This document shows, one piece after another, positions 30,601 through 39,058 of a DNA stretch of 64,000 nt. How positions within the stretch are numbered: position 1 is the first letter of the stretch; every line of letters starts with the position of its first letter. Origin of the DNA: Bacteroidaceae bacterium (GTDB taxonomy: Bacteria > Bacteroidota > Bacteroidia > Bacteroidales > Bacteroidaceae); NCBI GenBank assembly GCA_017615835.1, contig JAFZZI010000004.1, positions 249,546 through 313,545 of the forward strand. The letters are read 5' to 3'. Under the pieces are notes generated by a model. That model had not been told where the DNA came from, ran no database searches, and saw only the letters and a program-made list of their open reading frames with translations. The translations under genes and the position numbers were made by a program.

Positions 30601-32346
30601 ACCGGAATGTATATTTCAGATACCAACAGTGCCATGTTGGAATCCGGATATGCCCTTTCGAGCATGCTCCAGAGGGGACTTAATGCCATCGGTACCAACA
30701 GGCTGGGCAATTTTGTGGATATTGACCTTGGCATAGGAGGTTCAAACCTGGCTGACGGCACCACCACGACAGACTATTCCATCAAACTCTCCAAGTCGTT
30801 CTTTTCCGACAGGCTTCGGGTTACTGCAGGGAGCCGCATATCCGACTCACGCCAAAGTGGCGGTACCTCGTCCGGAGTGGAGTCGATGATAGACAACCTC
30901 TCCGTTGACTGGTTGTTGAAGAAAGATGGAGCCACCAGTCTCAGCATATTTCACAAGCGCGATTTTGACAACATCATCGAGGGGGAGCTTGACAAGGACG
31001 GTATAGGCGTTAAATCCAGCTGGCAGTGGAATGATTGCAGGGATGAGGCGAACCCTTACCTGATAGACTTGGACGGATCCGTATCTTACCGAAGCAACAT
31101 GCAGTTCGGTCCCGATTTGACGGCTGTCATATCAAAAAGGAATCTCCTTCACGCTGACGAAATCCTCTCGGCAAGGATAAACGGGGCCTATTACTGGAGG
31201 ACGAGCAATCGTGTCCAGGGCTCTGTGTCAGCCAACGACTCGTATCAGATAGGTGTCGATTTGGGACTTACATTTCCTAAGATACACCTGCCTTTGCGCA
31301 AGATTTCCATATCCGACTATCCCGGTTCTACGAACTATAACTTTGGTTTCTCGCACGAGAATGTAGCTGGCGGCTACACTCTGAACAAACTCTCCGGCGG
31401 TATAACGTGGCGTTGCCAGACTTCCCCTTACTTTACCCATGAGTTCTCTCCATTCTCACTCTCGCTGGTTTATACCTCCAAAATTTCGGAAGCCTTCATA
31501 GATAAGGCTTCAGTGTATGACAATGTCTTCAAGTCGTTGTTTGACGATGAGTACATTCCTTCTGTTATGTACAAGTTGACGTACAACAACTCTTCTGACA
31601 AAGAAAGAAAGGTGGCCACTCGTTTTGACCTGACGCTAAAGGAATCGGCTAACTTAATAGGTGGTATACAGGCTCTGTTCGGCATGGATTTCAACGAAAA
31701 GAATAAAGATTTTGTATTCGAAGATTACAACCAGTTCCTCAAGTTCAATTTTGAGTTGCGCAACCTGTTCAGGCTGACGCAACGCTCCAGCCTGGCCACC
31801 AGGATTCAGGCCGGCGGGGTGTTCTCGCTGGGCAATTCCATAATCGCTCCCTTGTCGGAGTGCTTCTATAGTGGCGGTGTCAGTAGCATACGAGCCTTCC
31901 CCTCGCGGCTGGTGGGCCCCGGTGACTTACACTTTGAAGACAGCGACTCGTATTTCTATCACAGCGGCGAATTGAAGTTGGAGTGTAACGCCGAGTACCG
32001 CTTCCCGCTATTCTGGATGCTTGAGGGAGCCCTGTTCGTCGATGCCGGCAACGTGTGGGACAGATACAACCCGTCTGATTTCATCTCAAACGAAGGATTG
32101 GACAATGAAAACACGACAGACGTGGACTATTTTTCCACGCTCTTTCGCGGTGACAGATTCCTTGAACAGTTGGCTGTGGGCACTGGCATCGGACTGCGGT
32201 TCGTTTATCAGTCGATTGTTATACGTCTTGACTGGGGAATCATCCTGCATGCCCCTTACGATACAGGTAAGTCCGGATACTTCAACACACCAAATCTTTT
32301 CAAGGGCGGCAGCCGCTTGAACTTCGCCATCGGCTATCCCTTCTGA
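27601..32346 (+). CDS. TamB-like (AsmA/DUF490) envelope-spanning protein fused to a C-terminal Omp85-type beta-barrel
   Basis: N-terminal signal-anchor WIWRTSLCILILPLFLFMLLSVLMWV. Long beta-rich repeats. DUF490-like end around aa 900-1140 (ISKPELNITA..., CPSDLTIQKELESFSQDERNRIAAALLATGMY, DYSIKLSKSFFSDRLRVTAGS). From about aa 1141, Omp85 motifs GGVSSIRAFPSRLVGPG, EGALFVDAGNVWD, GTGIGLRFVYQSIVIRLDWGI and a terminal ...AIGYPF. Confidence 0.8.
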   Translation: MKRKRTPWGWIWRTSLCILILPLFLFMLLSVLMWVPSVQQWAVDKASGILYRQTGIEFSIDRVRLTPLIDLSLDGILAVDARKDTLLASRQLLLSVDMSSLLDSVVSVKSLSLSDVVVDTKDLIEDVSIAGYLGTLRLVSDRTLLFDNYTKIDRLILSDADITIVMPDSAKQKESETEEPFNWIFDARDVTMSDVSVTLLPLGLHICTGDLALKGVADIGRMCYHADSLCLVDGSVSIDGIFSASISELILNDAGMDSVFISAPRLFADLTNFSLDTEPCTSTPVTIELSADMNMVDMIVNAEGVVSAGNARLRLNGKYSINDEALEADVGIHNLRFNDFIALSEPLWFDGRVKASAKGFDPFSRETFIHVDSYIDRCSYGNAVIRSTSLNANVVNAVISGRLDTECAYSDSTIYAALGGAFEFSGGYLNGTEPALSLDADLRDIVFRNDSISLDLAGMFVDAATSRNGTMAEVGMPGLELSMTSSGHVFSLPPQFEKLVRMISEQTDSLEYDITGLRRSFPEMTLSLKVGNDCPLAALLDRYRLSFDNLALNVKMSPEKGIRLDGNLSDVGYDTLTLHSAKFSLDDDRQALNLLADFDFIAQHGLPSFQVSVDGSLTERFSKARVRFHSDVTDGVMSVKDISSDVNLLLDLFLESKALSAEGRLDLADFRYSDYIFGDRSVNFSLDPLEDGRYLARASTGNMPLSLVNSIIGNPDMELLGDIQANVSVEGTLDDMSFSGNVFPNGVKVLYKPYSVALELGRVPITLDNMLVRLDSIPVYGVDSTSFIVNGMVDLNAMSIDAVLSGDRFNPIALEGLDSIVAVSGSVVTGINARVSGPFQHLVIGGDLDILPETDVIYHIDRRNYIHARAGGSLRLDLAIDGEMSLNGRVNVNGGEIRYSVPYYPLEPFKISEDSYVQFNGDISKPELNITAIQPAKATVNNTGQISKVVDFTVGLKVMNGLDDLALEFLIDCPSDLTIQKELESFSQDERNRIAAALLATGMYISDTNSAMLESGYALSSMLQRGLNAIGTNRLGNFVDIDLGIGGSNLADGTTTTDYSIKLSKSFFSDRLRVTAGSRISDSRQSGGTSSGVESMIDNLSVDWLLKKDGATSLSIFHKRDFDNIIEGELDKDGIGVKSSWQWNDCRDEANPYLIDLDGSVSYRSNMQFGPDLTAVISKRNLLHADEILSARINGAYYWRTSNRVQGSVSANDSYQIGVDLGLTFPKIHLPLRKISISDYPGSTNYNFGFSHENVAGGYTLNKLSGGITWRCQTSPYFTHEFSPFSLSLVYTSKISEAFIDKASVYDNVFKSLFDDEYIPSVMYKLTYNNSSDKERKVATRFDLTLKESANLIGGIQALFGMDFNEKNKDFVFEDYNQFLKFNFELRNLFRLTQRSSLATRIQAGGVFSLGNSIIAPLSECFYSGGVSSIRAFPSRLVGPGDLHFEDSDSYFYHSGELKLECNAEYRFPLFWMLEGALFVDAGNVWDRYNPSDFISNEGLDNENTTDVDYFSTLFRGDRFLEQLAVGTGIGLRFVYQSIVIRLDWGIILHAPYDTGKSGYFNTPNLFKGGSRLNFAIGYPF

Positions 32347-32364
32347 CAGTCTTTCGGCTGAATC

Positions 32365-33909
32365 TCAATATGGTATTTCGTCGGTTGCCGCTCCCAAGGG
32401 GTCTTGTTCATGAAGTTGAACCTTGTCTTGTCCTGCCGATGCTTTGCGGTTCATCCTTGAACCCATGATGACACCACCTTTGGCAGATGGGACTGGTGCA
32501 TGCTCTGTACTTTTGTCGCTGAAGCGGGCGAAGTTGTTCTGGAAGGCAAGACGTACGTCACCGACGCCACCGTTACGGTGCTTGGCGATGATGATTTCGG
32601 CAATGCCATGAAGGTCGTTATGGTGGTCGTCTTCATATATTTTGTAGACCTCCGGACGGTGTATCATACATACTATATCGGCATCCTGTTCTATTGAGCC
32701 AGACTCGCGCAGGTCGCTAAGTTGCGGCCTCTTGCCTTCGTAGCCTTCACGACCCTCCACGTTTCTGTTAAGTTGAGAGAGTGCTATTATAGGAATGTCC
32801 AACTCTTTTGCAAGGCCTTTCAGTTGGCGCGAAATCATGCTTATCTCCTCCTGGCGGTTGTTGAAACGCCATCCGCTGGCGTTCATCAGCTGAAGATAGT
32901 CGATGATGATAAGTTCTATATCGTGTTCGCTCTTAAGTCTGAGAGCCTTTGTCCGCAGTTCGGTTATAGAGAGTGATGGAGTGTCGTCCAGATATAGCGG
33001 AGCATCTTGAAGCAGTTTTATCTTCTCATCTAACTGCTGCCACTCGAAAGGCGCGAGCCTTCCGCTGCGAAGCTTCTCGGATGATATCTCGCACAAATTG
33101 GTAATCAGGCGGTTGACAAGTTGCACATTACTCATCTCAAGCGAGAACATGGCCATAGGTCTGTGATTATGGACGGCTATGTTGAGGGCCATTGAGAGAG
33201 CGAAGGCTGTTTTTCCCATCGCAGGGCGGGCTGCCAGTATCACAAGGTCGGATTTCTGCCATCCGGAGGTAATCTTGTCCAGATCTTCAAAGCCGCTGGC
33301 CAGTCCACTGAGACCTGACGGGCGTGATGCGGCTTGGCTTATTCTGGCCATTGCCTCTTCTATAACCGGGTTAATCTGGGTGTAGTCTTTCTTTACATTC
33401 TTGTGGGCTATCTGAAACAATTCTCCTTCGGCATCTTGAATCAGTTCAGACACATCAGAAGTCTCGTCGAAGGCGCGTGACTGAACCTCGCTGGCAAATG
33501 TTATGAGTTCACGGGCCATCGCCTTCTGGGCTATTATCGAAGCATGATACTCTATGTGCGCAGACGATGTGACCTTGCCGGCAAGACGGGTAATGTACAA
33601 GACTCCGCCAGCCTCCTCAAGCGTTCCTTCGCTCTTCAGCTGCTCGGTAACGGTAAGAATGTCGATGGGCCTTTGGTTCATTACAAGCGACATAACGGCC
33701 TGATAGATTACCTGGTGCTTATGGTCATAGAATGATTCTGCCTTAATTATCTCGCTGACTTTTGGAAACGCGTCCTGCTCAATCATCAGGGCACCCAAGA
33801 CAGCCTCTTCAAGCTCTAAGGCTTGAGGTTGCAGATGATTGAGGTCCATCAGGTCCGCAGCTGTATGGCGCGGCTTCGTCGTTTTCCTAGTCTGTAATTG
33901 CTGTACCAT
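32365..33909 (-). CDS. dnaB: replicative DNA helicase
   Basis: From Met60: ...PQALELEEAVLGALMIEQDAF, Walker A AARPAMGKTAFALSMA, IIIDYLQLM, SQLNR and HRNGGVG. A -7 box lies inside the longer ORF. About 50 aa of non-conserved C-terminal tail. Confidence 0.95.
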   Translation of the reverse strand: MVQQLQTRKTTKPRHTAADLMDLNHLQPQALELEEAVLGALMIEQDAFPKVSEIIKAESFYDHKHQVIYQAVMSLVMNQRPIDILTVTEQLKSEGTLEEAGGVLYITRLAGKVTSSAHIEYHASIIAQKAMARELITFASEVQSRAFDETSDVSELIQDAEGELFQIAHKNVKKDYTQINPVIEEAMARISQAASRPSGLSGLASGFEDLDKITSGWQKSDLVILAARPAMGKTAFALSMALNIAVHNHRPMAMFSLEMSNVQLVNRLITNLCEISSEKLRSGRLAPFEWQQLDEKIKLLQDAPLYLDDTPSLSITELRTKALRLKSEHDIELIIIDYLQLMNASGWRFNNRQEEISMISRQLKGLAKELDIPIIALSQLNRNVEGREGYEGKRPQLSDLRESGSIEQDADIVCMIHRPEVYKIYEDDHHNDLHGIAEIIIAKHRNGGVGDVRLAFQNNFARFSDKSTEHAPVPSAKGGVIMGSRMNRKASAGQDKVQLHEQDPLGAATDEIPY

Positions 33910-33927
33910 TGCCTTTCTGTTTGATTG

Positions 33928-33935
33928 CAAAATTA
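33928..33935 (-). promoter_or_regulatory. -7 box TAATTTTG (minus strand) for dnaB
   Basis: Plus strand CAAAATTA, 19 nt upstream of the ATG at 33909. Confidence 0.35.
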
Positions 33936-34062
33936 CGCAAACCATGTCTTCTGCTCCGTCATTTATCCGATTGCTTTTGAAAAAGTTATCAACAGCGGAT
34001 TGTTGAAAACAACCGTATTTCAACATATGAACCTTGAAAGCCTCTTTTTCGGATGTTTTTTG

Positions 34063-34070
34063 TAAATTTG
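34063..34070 (+). promoter_or_regulatory. -7 box TAAATTTG for pheT
   Basis: Exact TAnnTTTG, 56 nt upstream of the ATG at 34126. Confidence 0.35.
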
Positions 34071-34125
34071 CGATTCGTATGCGCATTGGGCGTGAAAGAA
34101 ACAGGAATTTCGGTTATAACTCATT

Positions 34126-36603
34126 ATGAACGTATCTTATAAGTGGCTGAAGGAGTATGTCGATTTTGACATGACACCGCAGCAGGTGGCTGACGCACTG
34201 ACCTCGATAGGTCTCGAAGTTGATGGAGTGGAAGAAGTGCAGTCTGTTAAGGGCGGTCTGAAGGACATAGTGATCGGCGAGGTGCTGACCTGTGCCGAAC
34301 ATCCCAATTCAGATCATCTTCACGTAACAACTGTCAATCTGGGTGGGGCAGAACCCTCGCAGATAGTCTGCGGTGCTCCCAATGTCGCTGCCGGGCAGAG
34401 AGTTGTCGTTGCCACTTGCGGCGCCAAGATATATGATGGAGATGATTGCTTTACCATTAAGCCTTCCAAGCTTCGCGGGATCGAGTCCAATGGCATGATA
34501 TGCTCTGAAAAAGAACTTGGTCTTGGCAGTGATCATTCCGGTATAATGGTATTGCCTGCCGATGCCGTTCCCGGTACTCCTGCAGCTGATTATTTCGGTC
34601 TGGAATCGGATTTTGTCATAGAGGTTGACATAACTCCGAATCATTCCGATGCCTGTTCGCACTGGGGGGTAGCCCGTGATTTCTACGCATGGTTGCTTCA
34701 GAATGGCTTCAAGACTTCTCTTCACCGTCCTTCAGACGACTGTTTCAAGGTCGATGATAATACTCTCAGCATAGGTATTGAAGTCCTGAATACTGAAGCA
34801 TGCCCCCGCTATTCAGGTGTCAGTATCAAGGGCGTGACGGTAAAGGAGAGTCCCGACTGGCTCAAGAAGAAACTGAATACAATAGGGCTTCACCCCATAA
34901 ACAATGTTGTTGACGTTACCAACTACATTCTGTTTGCTTATGGGCAGCCCATGCACAGTTTTGATGCAGACAAGATAAAGGGCGGCAAGGTGGTAGTCAG
35001 AACCATGCAAGAGGGTACGCCTTTCGTTACCCTGGATGGTCAGGAACGCAAACTGTCAGACCGCGACCTGATGATTTGCAATGCTGTTGAACCCATGTGT
35101 ATAGGCGGTGTTTTTGGAGGACTTGACTCAGGCATTACTGAAGAGACAAAAAACGTTTTTCTTGAGAGTGCTTATTTCAATCCTACATGGATACGTAAGA
35201 GTGCCCGCCGTCATCAGCTCAGCACAGATGCCTCATTCCGTTTTGAGCGTGGCGTGGATCCAAACGGTACCATATATGCACTAAAGCAGGCAGCCATGCT
35301 TGTAAAGGAGCTTGCAGGTGGAACCATCTCCATGAACCTGCTTGATGTATATCCTCAGCCTGTCCAGGATTTTAGGATTGATTTCAGCTACAAATATGCT
35401 GACCGACTCATCGGTAAGGTGCTGCCTCGCGAAACCATAAGGTCGATAGTTACAAGTCTCGGCATTCATATTGACTCTGAGTCTGAGGATGGGCTCCGGT
35501 TGTCGGTTCCGCCTTTCCGCGTAGATGTGCAGCACCCGTGCGACGTTGTCGAGGAGATTTTGAGAATATATGGCTATAACAATGTCGAGTTCGGTTCTTC
35601 TGTTAAGTCAAGTCTTACCGTTCAGAGCGAAATTGACAGGGCACACAAAATGCAGGACCTTGTCTCTGAACAACTGGTAGGATGTGGTTTCAATGAAATA
35701 CTCAACAATTCACTCACCAAGTCTGCTTATTACGACGGGCTGGGGTGCTGTTCCTCAGACAGGTTAGTACGTCTCTTGAATCCGCTCAGCGCCGATCTCA
35801 ACGTCCTGCGCCAGACACTTCTGTTCGGTGGTCTTGAAAGTCTGTCGTACAACATGCGCCGCCAGAATTCAGACCTCAGGTTCTTCGAGTTCGGCAAGTG
35901 CTATTGGTTCGACTCCACTCGTCGTCAGGCAGCGGTCAGTGAAGATACAAATACACTTAGGGCGTATTCCGAGGAGTATCGCATGGGACTTTGGGTTACC
36001 GGATTCCGTATTGCGTCATCATGGGCACACAAGGATGAGGAGTCATCGTTCTATGAGTTGAAGGCTTGCGTGCTGAATATATTCAGGCGCCTTGGGCTTG
36101 ACTTCAAGATGTTGCATGTCGAAGAGGTGTCAGATGACATGTTCTCAAGTGCCCTTTGCTACAGTCTTCGCTCCGGCAAGGTTGTAGCCCGAATAGGATT
36201 GATCCGCAATGCGCTGCTGAAGCGGTTCGACATAGGACAGCCTGTATATTTTGCCGACATCCATTGGGACGAAATCCTGAAGGCTACACGCAGACAGAAA
36301 GTGAGTTATGCAGAACTGCCTAAGTTCCCTGCCGTCAGGCGTGACCTCGCCTTATTGCTTGACAAAACCGTTTCATTCTCTCAGATTGAAGAGGTGGCGT
36401 TTGCTTCAGAGAAGAAACTTCTGAAAGAGGTGGTGCTGTTCGATGTGTACGAGGGCAAAAACCTTGGGGAGGGTAAGAAGAGTTATGCCGTGAGTTTCAC
36501 ATTGCAGGATGATACCCAGACATTGAATGACAGGCAGATTGAGAAGGTAATGGAGAACATTATCCGTAATCTCCAGACAAAACTCGATGCCAGACTGAGA
36601 TGA
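34126..36603 (+). CDS. pheT: phenylalanine--tRNA ligase beta subunit
   Basis: 825 aa: MNVSYKWLKEYVDFDMTPQQVADALTSIGLEVDGVE, a tRNA-binding domain, B3/4 and B5 domains, and a C-terminal FDX-ACB domain (FPAVRRDLALL..., KSYAVSFTLQD). Confidence 0.97.
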   Translation: MNVSYKWLKEYVDFDMTPQQVADALTSIGLEVDGVEEVQSVKGGLKDIVIGEVLTCAEHPNSDHLHVTTVNLGGAEPSQIVCGAPNVAAGQRVVVATCGAKIYDGDDCFTIKPSKLRGIESNGMICSEKELGLGSDHSGIMVLPADAVPGTPAADYFGLESDFVIEVDITPNHSDACSHWGVARDFYAWLLQNGFKTSLHRPSDDCFKVDDNTLSIGIEVLNTEACPRYSGVSIKGVTVKESPDWLKKKLNTIGLHPINNVVDVTNYILFAYGQPMHSFDADKIKGGKVVVRTMQEGTPFVTLDGQERKLSDRDLMICNAVEPMCIGGVFGGLDSGITEETKNVFLESAYFNPTWIRKSARRHQLSTDASFRFERGVDPNGTIYALKQAAMLVKELAGGTISMNLLDVYPQPVQDFRIDFSYKYADRLIGKVLPRETIRSIVTSLGIHIDSESEDGLRLSVPPFRVDVQHPCDVVEEILRIYGYNNVEFGSSVKSSLTVQSEIDRAHKMQDLVSEQLVGCGFNEILNNSLTKSAYYDGLGCCSSDRLVRLLNPLSADLNVLRQTLLFGGLESLSYNMRRQNSDLRFFEFGKCYWFDSTRRQAAVSEDTNTLRAYSEEYRMGLWVTGFRIASSWAHKDEESSFYELKACVLNIFRRLGLDFKMLHVEEVSDDMFSSALCYSLRSGKVVARIGLIRNALLKRFDIGQPVYFADIHWDEILKATRRQKVSYAELPKFPAVRRDLALLLDKTVSFSQIEEVAFASEKKLLKEVVLFDVYEGKNLGEGKKSYAVSFTLQDDTQTLNDRQIEKVMENIIRNLQTKLDARLR

Positions 36604-36656
36604 TATGATATGTTCTGTCGGTACAATTACTGAAATAACTGGTAAAAACTATAAAA

Positions 36657-37388
36657 ATGGGAAGAGCATTTGAATTCAGAAAAGCTAGAAAGCTGAAGAG
36701 ATGGGGAAACATGGCAAAGACCTTTACCCGCATTGGCAAACAGATAGCCATCGCGGTCAAGGCGGGCGGTCCCGATCCTGACAACAACTCGACGCTCCGT
36801 GCTATAATCGCAACCGCCAAGCACGAGAATATGCCAAAGGATAACATTGAGCGCGCAATCAAGAATGCTATGGGCAAGGATCAGAAGGACTACAAGGAGA
36901 TGAACTATGAGGGTTACGGTCCGCATGGAATAGCCATCTTCGTCGAGACTCTGACCGACAATACAACCCGTACCGTCGCAAACGTCCGTGCTGTGTTCAA
37001 CAAATTCGGCGGCACCCTCGGCACAAGTGGCAGTCTTGATTTCATCTTTAGCCACAAGTGTCAGTTTACCATTGCAAAGAAGGATGGTATGGATATGGAC
37101 GAACTGATTCTCGAACTCATTGATCTTGGCGTCGAGGACGAGTATGATGTAGATGAGGAAGAGGGAGAAATCACCATCTACGGTGACCCTAAATCATACG
37201 CAGCAATTCAGAAATATCTTGAGGAGAACGGTTACGAGGTCAAGGCTGCCGAGTTTACACGTATCCCCAATGACCTTAAAGACATTACCCCTGAGCAACG
37301 CGAAACCATCGACAAGATTGTCGAGCGGCTTGAGGAGGATGAAGACGTTCAGAACGTCTATACGAATCTTCGTCCTCTCGAAGAGTAA
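36657..37388 (+). CDS. YebC/PmpR-family DNA-binding transcriptional regulator
   Basis: MGRAFEFRKARKLKRWGNMAKTFTRIGKQIAIAVKAGGPDPDNNSTLRAIIATAKHENMPKDNIERAI. Confidence 0.95.
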   Translation: MGRAFEFRKARKLKRWGNMAKTFTRIGKQIAIAVKAGGPDPDNNSTLRAIIATAKHENMPKDNIERAIKNAMGKDQKDYKEMNYEGYGPHGIAIFVETLTDNTTRTVANVRAVFNKFGGTLGTSGSLDFIFSHKCQFTIAKKDGMDMDELILELIDLGVEDEYDVDEEEGEITIYGDPKSYAAIQKYLEENGYEVKAAEFTRIPNDLKDITPEQRETIDKIVERLEEDEDVQNVYTNLRPLEE

Positions 37389-37390
37389 TA

Positions 37391-37903
37391 ATGGAACTTG
37401 AGGATAGAATCTCTCTTGCCGTAGATTTTTTCAGGCAGGGATATAATTGTGCACAGTCTGTCACGGCGGCTTTTGCTGATCTTTATGGTCTGACTCATGA
37501 TCAGGCTCTTCGCGTTTCTGCATCGTTCGGCGGCGGAGTAGGGCGCATGCGCGGTATCTGCGGTGCGGCCTCGGGCATGTTTATTCTGGCCGGGCTCGAG
37601 TGCGGCAGTGTTGAAGCACATGATCCCAAGGGTAAGGAATACAACTATAGTATAGTACAGCAGCTTGCCGCCAAGTTTAAAGAGCGCAACGGTTCGCTTA
37701 TATGTGGAGAGCTTCTCGGACTTGTTCCCTTAGGTTCAAGCGGAATGACAGTCCCGCCTCATGGTGACAGCCCTGTTCCTGAGGCCCGGACAGAGGGCTA
37801 TTATAAGAAACGTCCTTGTGCCGGTATGGTTGAGGAAGGCGCACGCATTTTTGTTGAATATTTGCTAAATAAGCAGGGTGTCGGAGCAATTAATGTTAAA
37901 TAG
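37391..37903 (+). CDS. C_GCAxxG_C_C family (putative redox-active) protein
   Basis: FRQGYNCAQSV, GICGAASG (the GCAxxG motif) and a later C...C pair (LICGEL, RPCAGMV). Confidence 0.85.
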   Translation: MELEDRISLAVDFFRQGYNCAQSVTAAFADLYGLTHDQALRVSASFGGGVGRMRGICGAASGMFILAGLECGSVEAHDPKGKEYNYSIVQQLAAKFKERNGSLICGELLGLVPLGSSGMTVPPHGDSPVPEARTEGYYKKRPCAGMVEEGARIFVEYLLNKQGVGAINVK

Positions 37904-37973
37904 GTTAAATTATTGATTGCTAAATGGCAAAATGGCAGTAAATTCGCGCTCGGATTTTAAAAACACTACTAAA

Positions 37974-38174
37974 ATGTTTATTCAGAATGTTGGCGAGTAC
38001 GCCGGTATGATATGGCGTGCACTGGAGGGAAACAACGCCCTTTCACAGAAGGAAATCAAGAAAATCGCGAAACTGAAGGACAAGGAGTTCTATCTTGGTC
38101 TGGGTTGGCTGCTCCGCGAGGGCAAGATCAACGTTACCGAGGGTGAAGAGGAGAATTACTACGCACTGAAGTAA
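37974..38174 (+). CDS. small winged-helix protein (DUF2582-like)
   Basis: MFIQNVGEYAGMIWRALEGNNALSQKEIKKIAKLKDKEFYLGLGWLLREGKI. The start is uncertain (ATG 37932 or 37974; the ORF opens at TTG 37917). Confidence 0.6.
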   Translation: MFIQNVGEYAGMIWRALEGNNALSQKEIKKIAKLKDKEFYLGLGWLLREGKINVTEGEEENYYALK

Positions 38175-38203
38175 TCCCACAGTATTAATCACACGAGTTG
38201 GAG

Positions 38204-38241
38204 CGGGAAGCAACATAACGCTGCTTCCCGTTTCTGTCTTT
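38204..38241 (+). terminator. intrinsic terminator after the wHTH gene
   Basis: CGGGAAGCA (38204-38212) pairs perfectly with TGCTTCCCG (38222-38230), followed by TTTCTGTCTTT. Confidence 0.65.
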
Positions 38242-38265
38242 ATTATATATATCCTGACAAGGATC

Positions 38266-39036
38266 ATGCGTAAAAGGATTTTTGACATAGTAGAGAAAAG
38301 CGGTCGTTCGGACAGTGTCAGCACTGCTTATGACATTCTGATGTTCATTTGCATCATCTTGAGCATCATTCCCTTGATGTATACAAAATACAATGTTTTT
38401 TTCAAGACAATTGAAACTGTTACCGTCATCATCTTCATCATCGACTATCTGATGAGATGGTGTACTGCCGACTATAAGTTGCACGGCAAGTGGTATGACT
38501 TCCTTATATATCCTTTCACGCCGATGGCCATCATCGATATGCTGTCAATATTGCCTGTACTGAACCTGATAAATTCGGGATTCAAGGTGATGAGGATGAC
38601 CAGACTGTTCAAGATTCTGAGACTGTTCAAGTTTATTCGTTACACCGATGGACTGGTTACGTTGCGCAATGTCATCCGCAAGGAGTGGAAAATTCTCTCC
38701 TCAGTTCTGATACTGGCATTGTTCTATGTTTTCCTGACAGCACTGATAATGTTCAACGTCGAGCCCCACATCAATCCCGAAACGGGCGAGGAGACCTTTG
38801 CCTCTTTCTTCGATGCGCTATACTGGTCTGCCATTACGCTTACCACTGTCGGTTATGGTGACCTTTGTCCAGTGACTGACTTGGGCAGGTGTGTAAGCAT
38901 TGTGTCATCCATTCTCGGCATAGCGATCATAGCACTGCCGTCGGGTGTCATTACTGCAAGCTATCTGGACGAGTTGCGTCACAAAGATCACGGCAATACG
39001 AAAAGTACGGAAGGGGAATCCGACTCTTTGCGGTGA
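38266..39036 (+). CDS. voltage-sensor-containing (6-TM, Kv-like) potassium channel
   Basis: S4-like RMTRLFKILRLFKFIR (a basic residue at every third position) and the selectivity filter TLTTVGYGD. Confidence 0.9.
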   Translation: MRKRIFDIVEKSGRSDSVSTAYDILMFICIILSIIPLMYTKYNVFFKTIETVTVIIFIIDYLMRWCTADYKLHGKWYDFLIYPFTPMAIIDMLSILPVLNLINSGFKVMRMTRLFKILRLFKFIRYTDGLVTLRNVIRKEWKILSSVLILALFYVFLTALIMFNVEPHINPETGEETFASFFDALYWSAITLTTVGYGDLCPVTDLGRCVSIVSSILGIAIIALPSGVITASYLDELRHKDHGNTKSTEGESDSLR

Positions 39037-39058
39037 GTCGCCTCAAGTGCTGACACAT

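Noticed and set aside
33910-34086. A 59-codon N-terminal extension of dnaB (MRIRIANLQKTSEKEAF...).
   Set aside because: A TAnnTTTG box (33928-33935) lies inside it, the conserved DnaB N-terminal domain starts after Met60, and the extension has no homology features.
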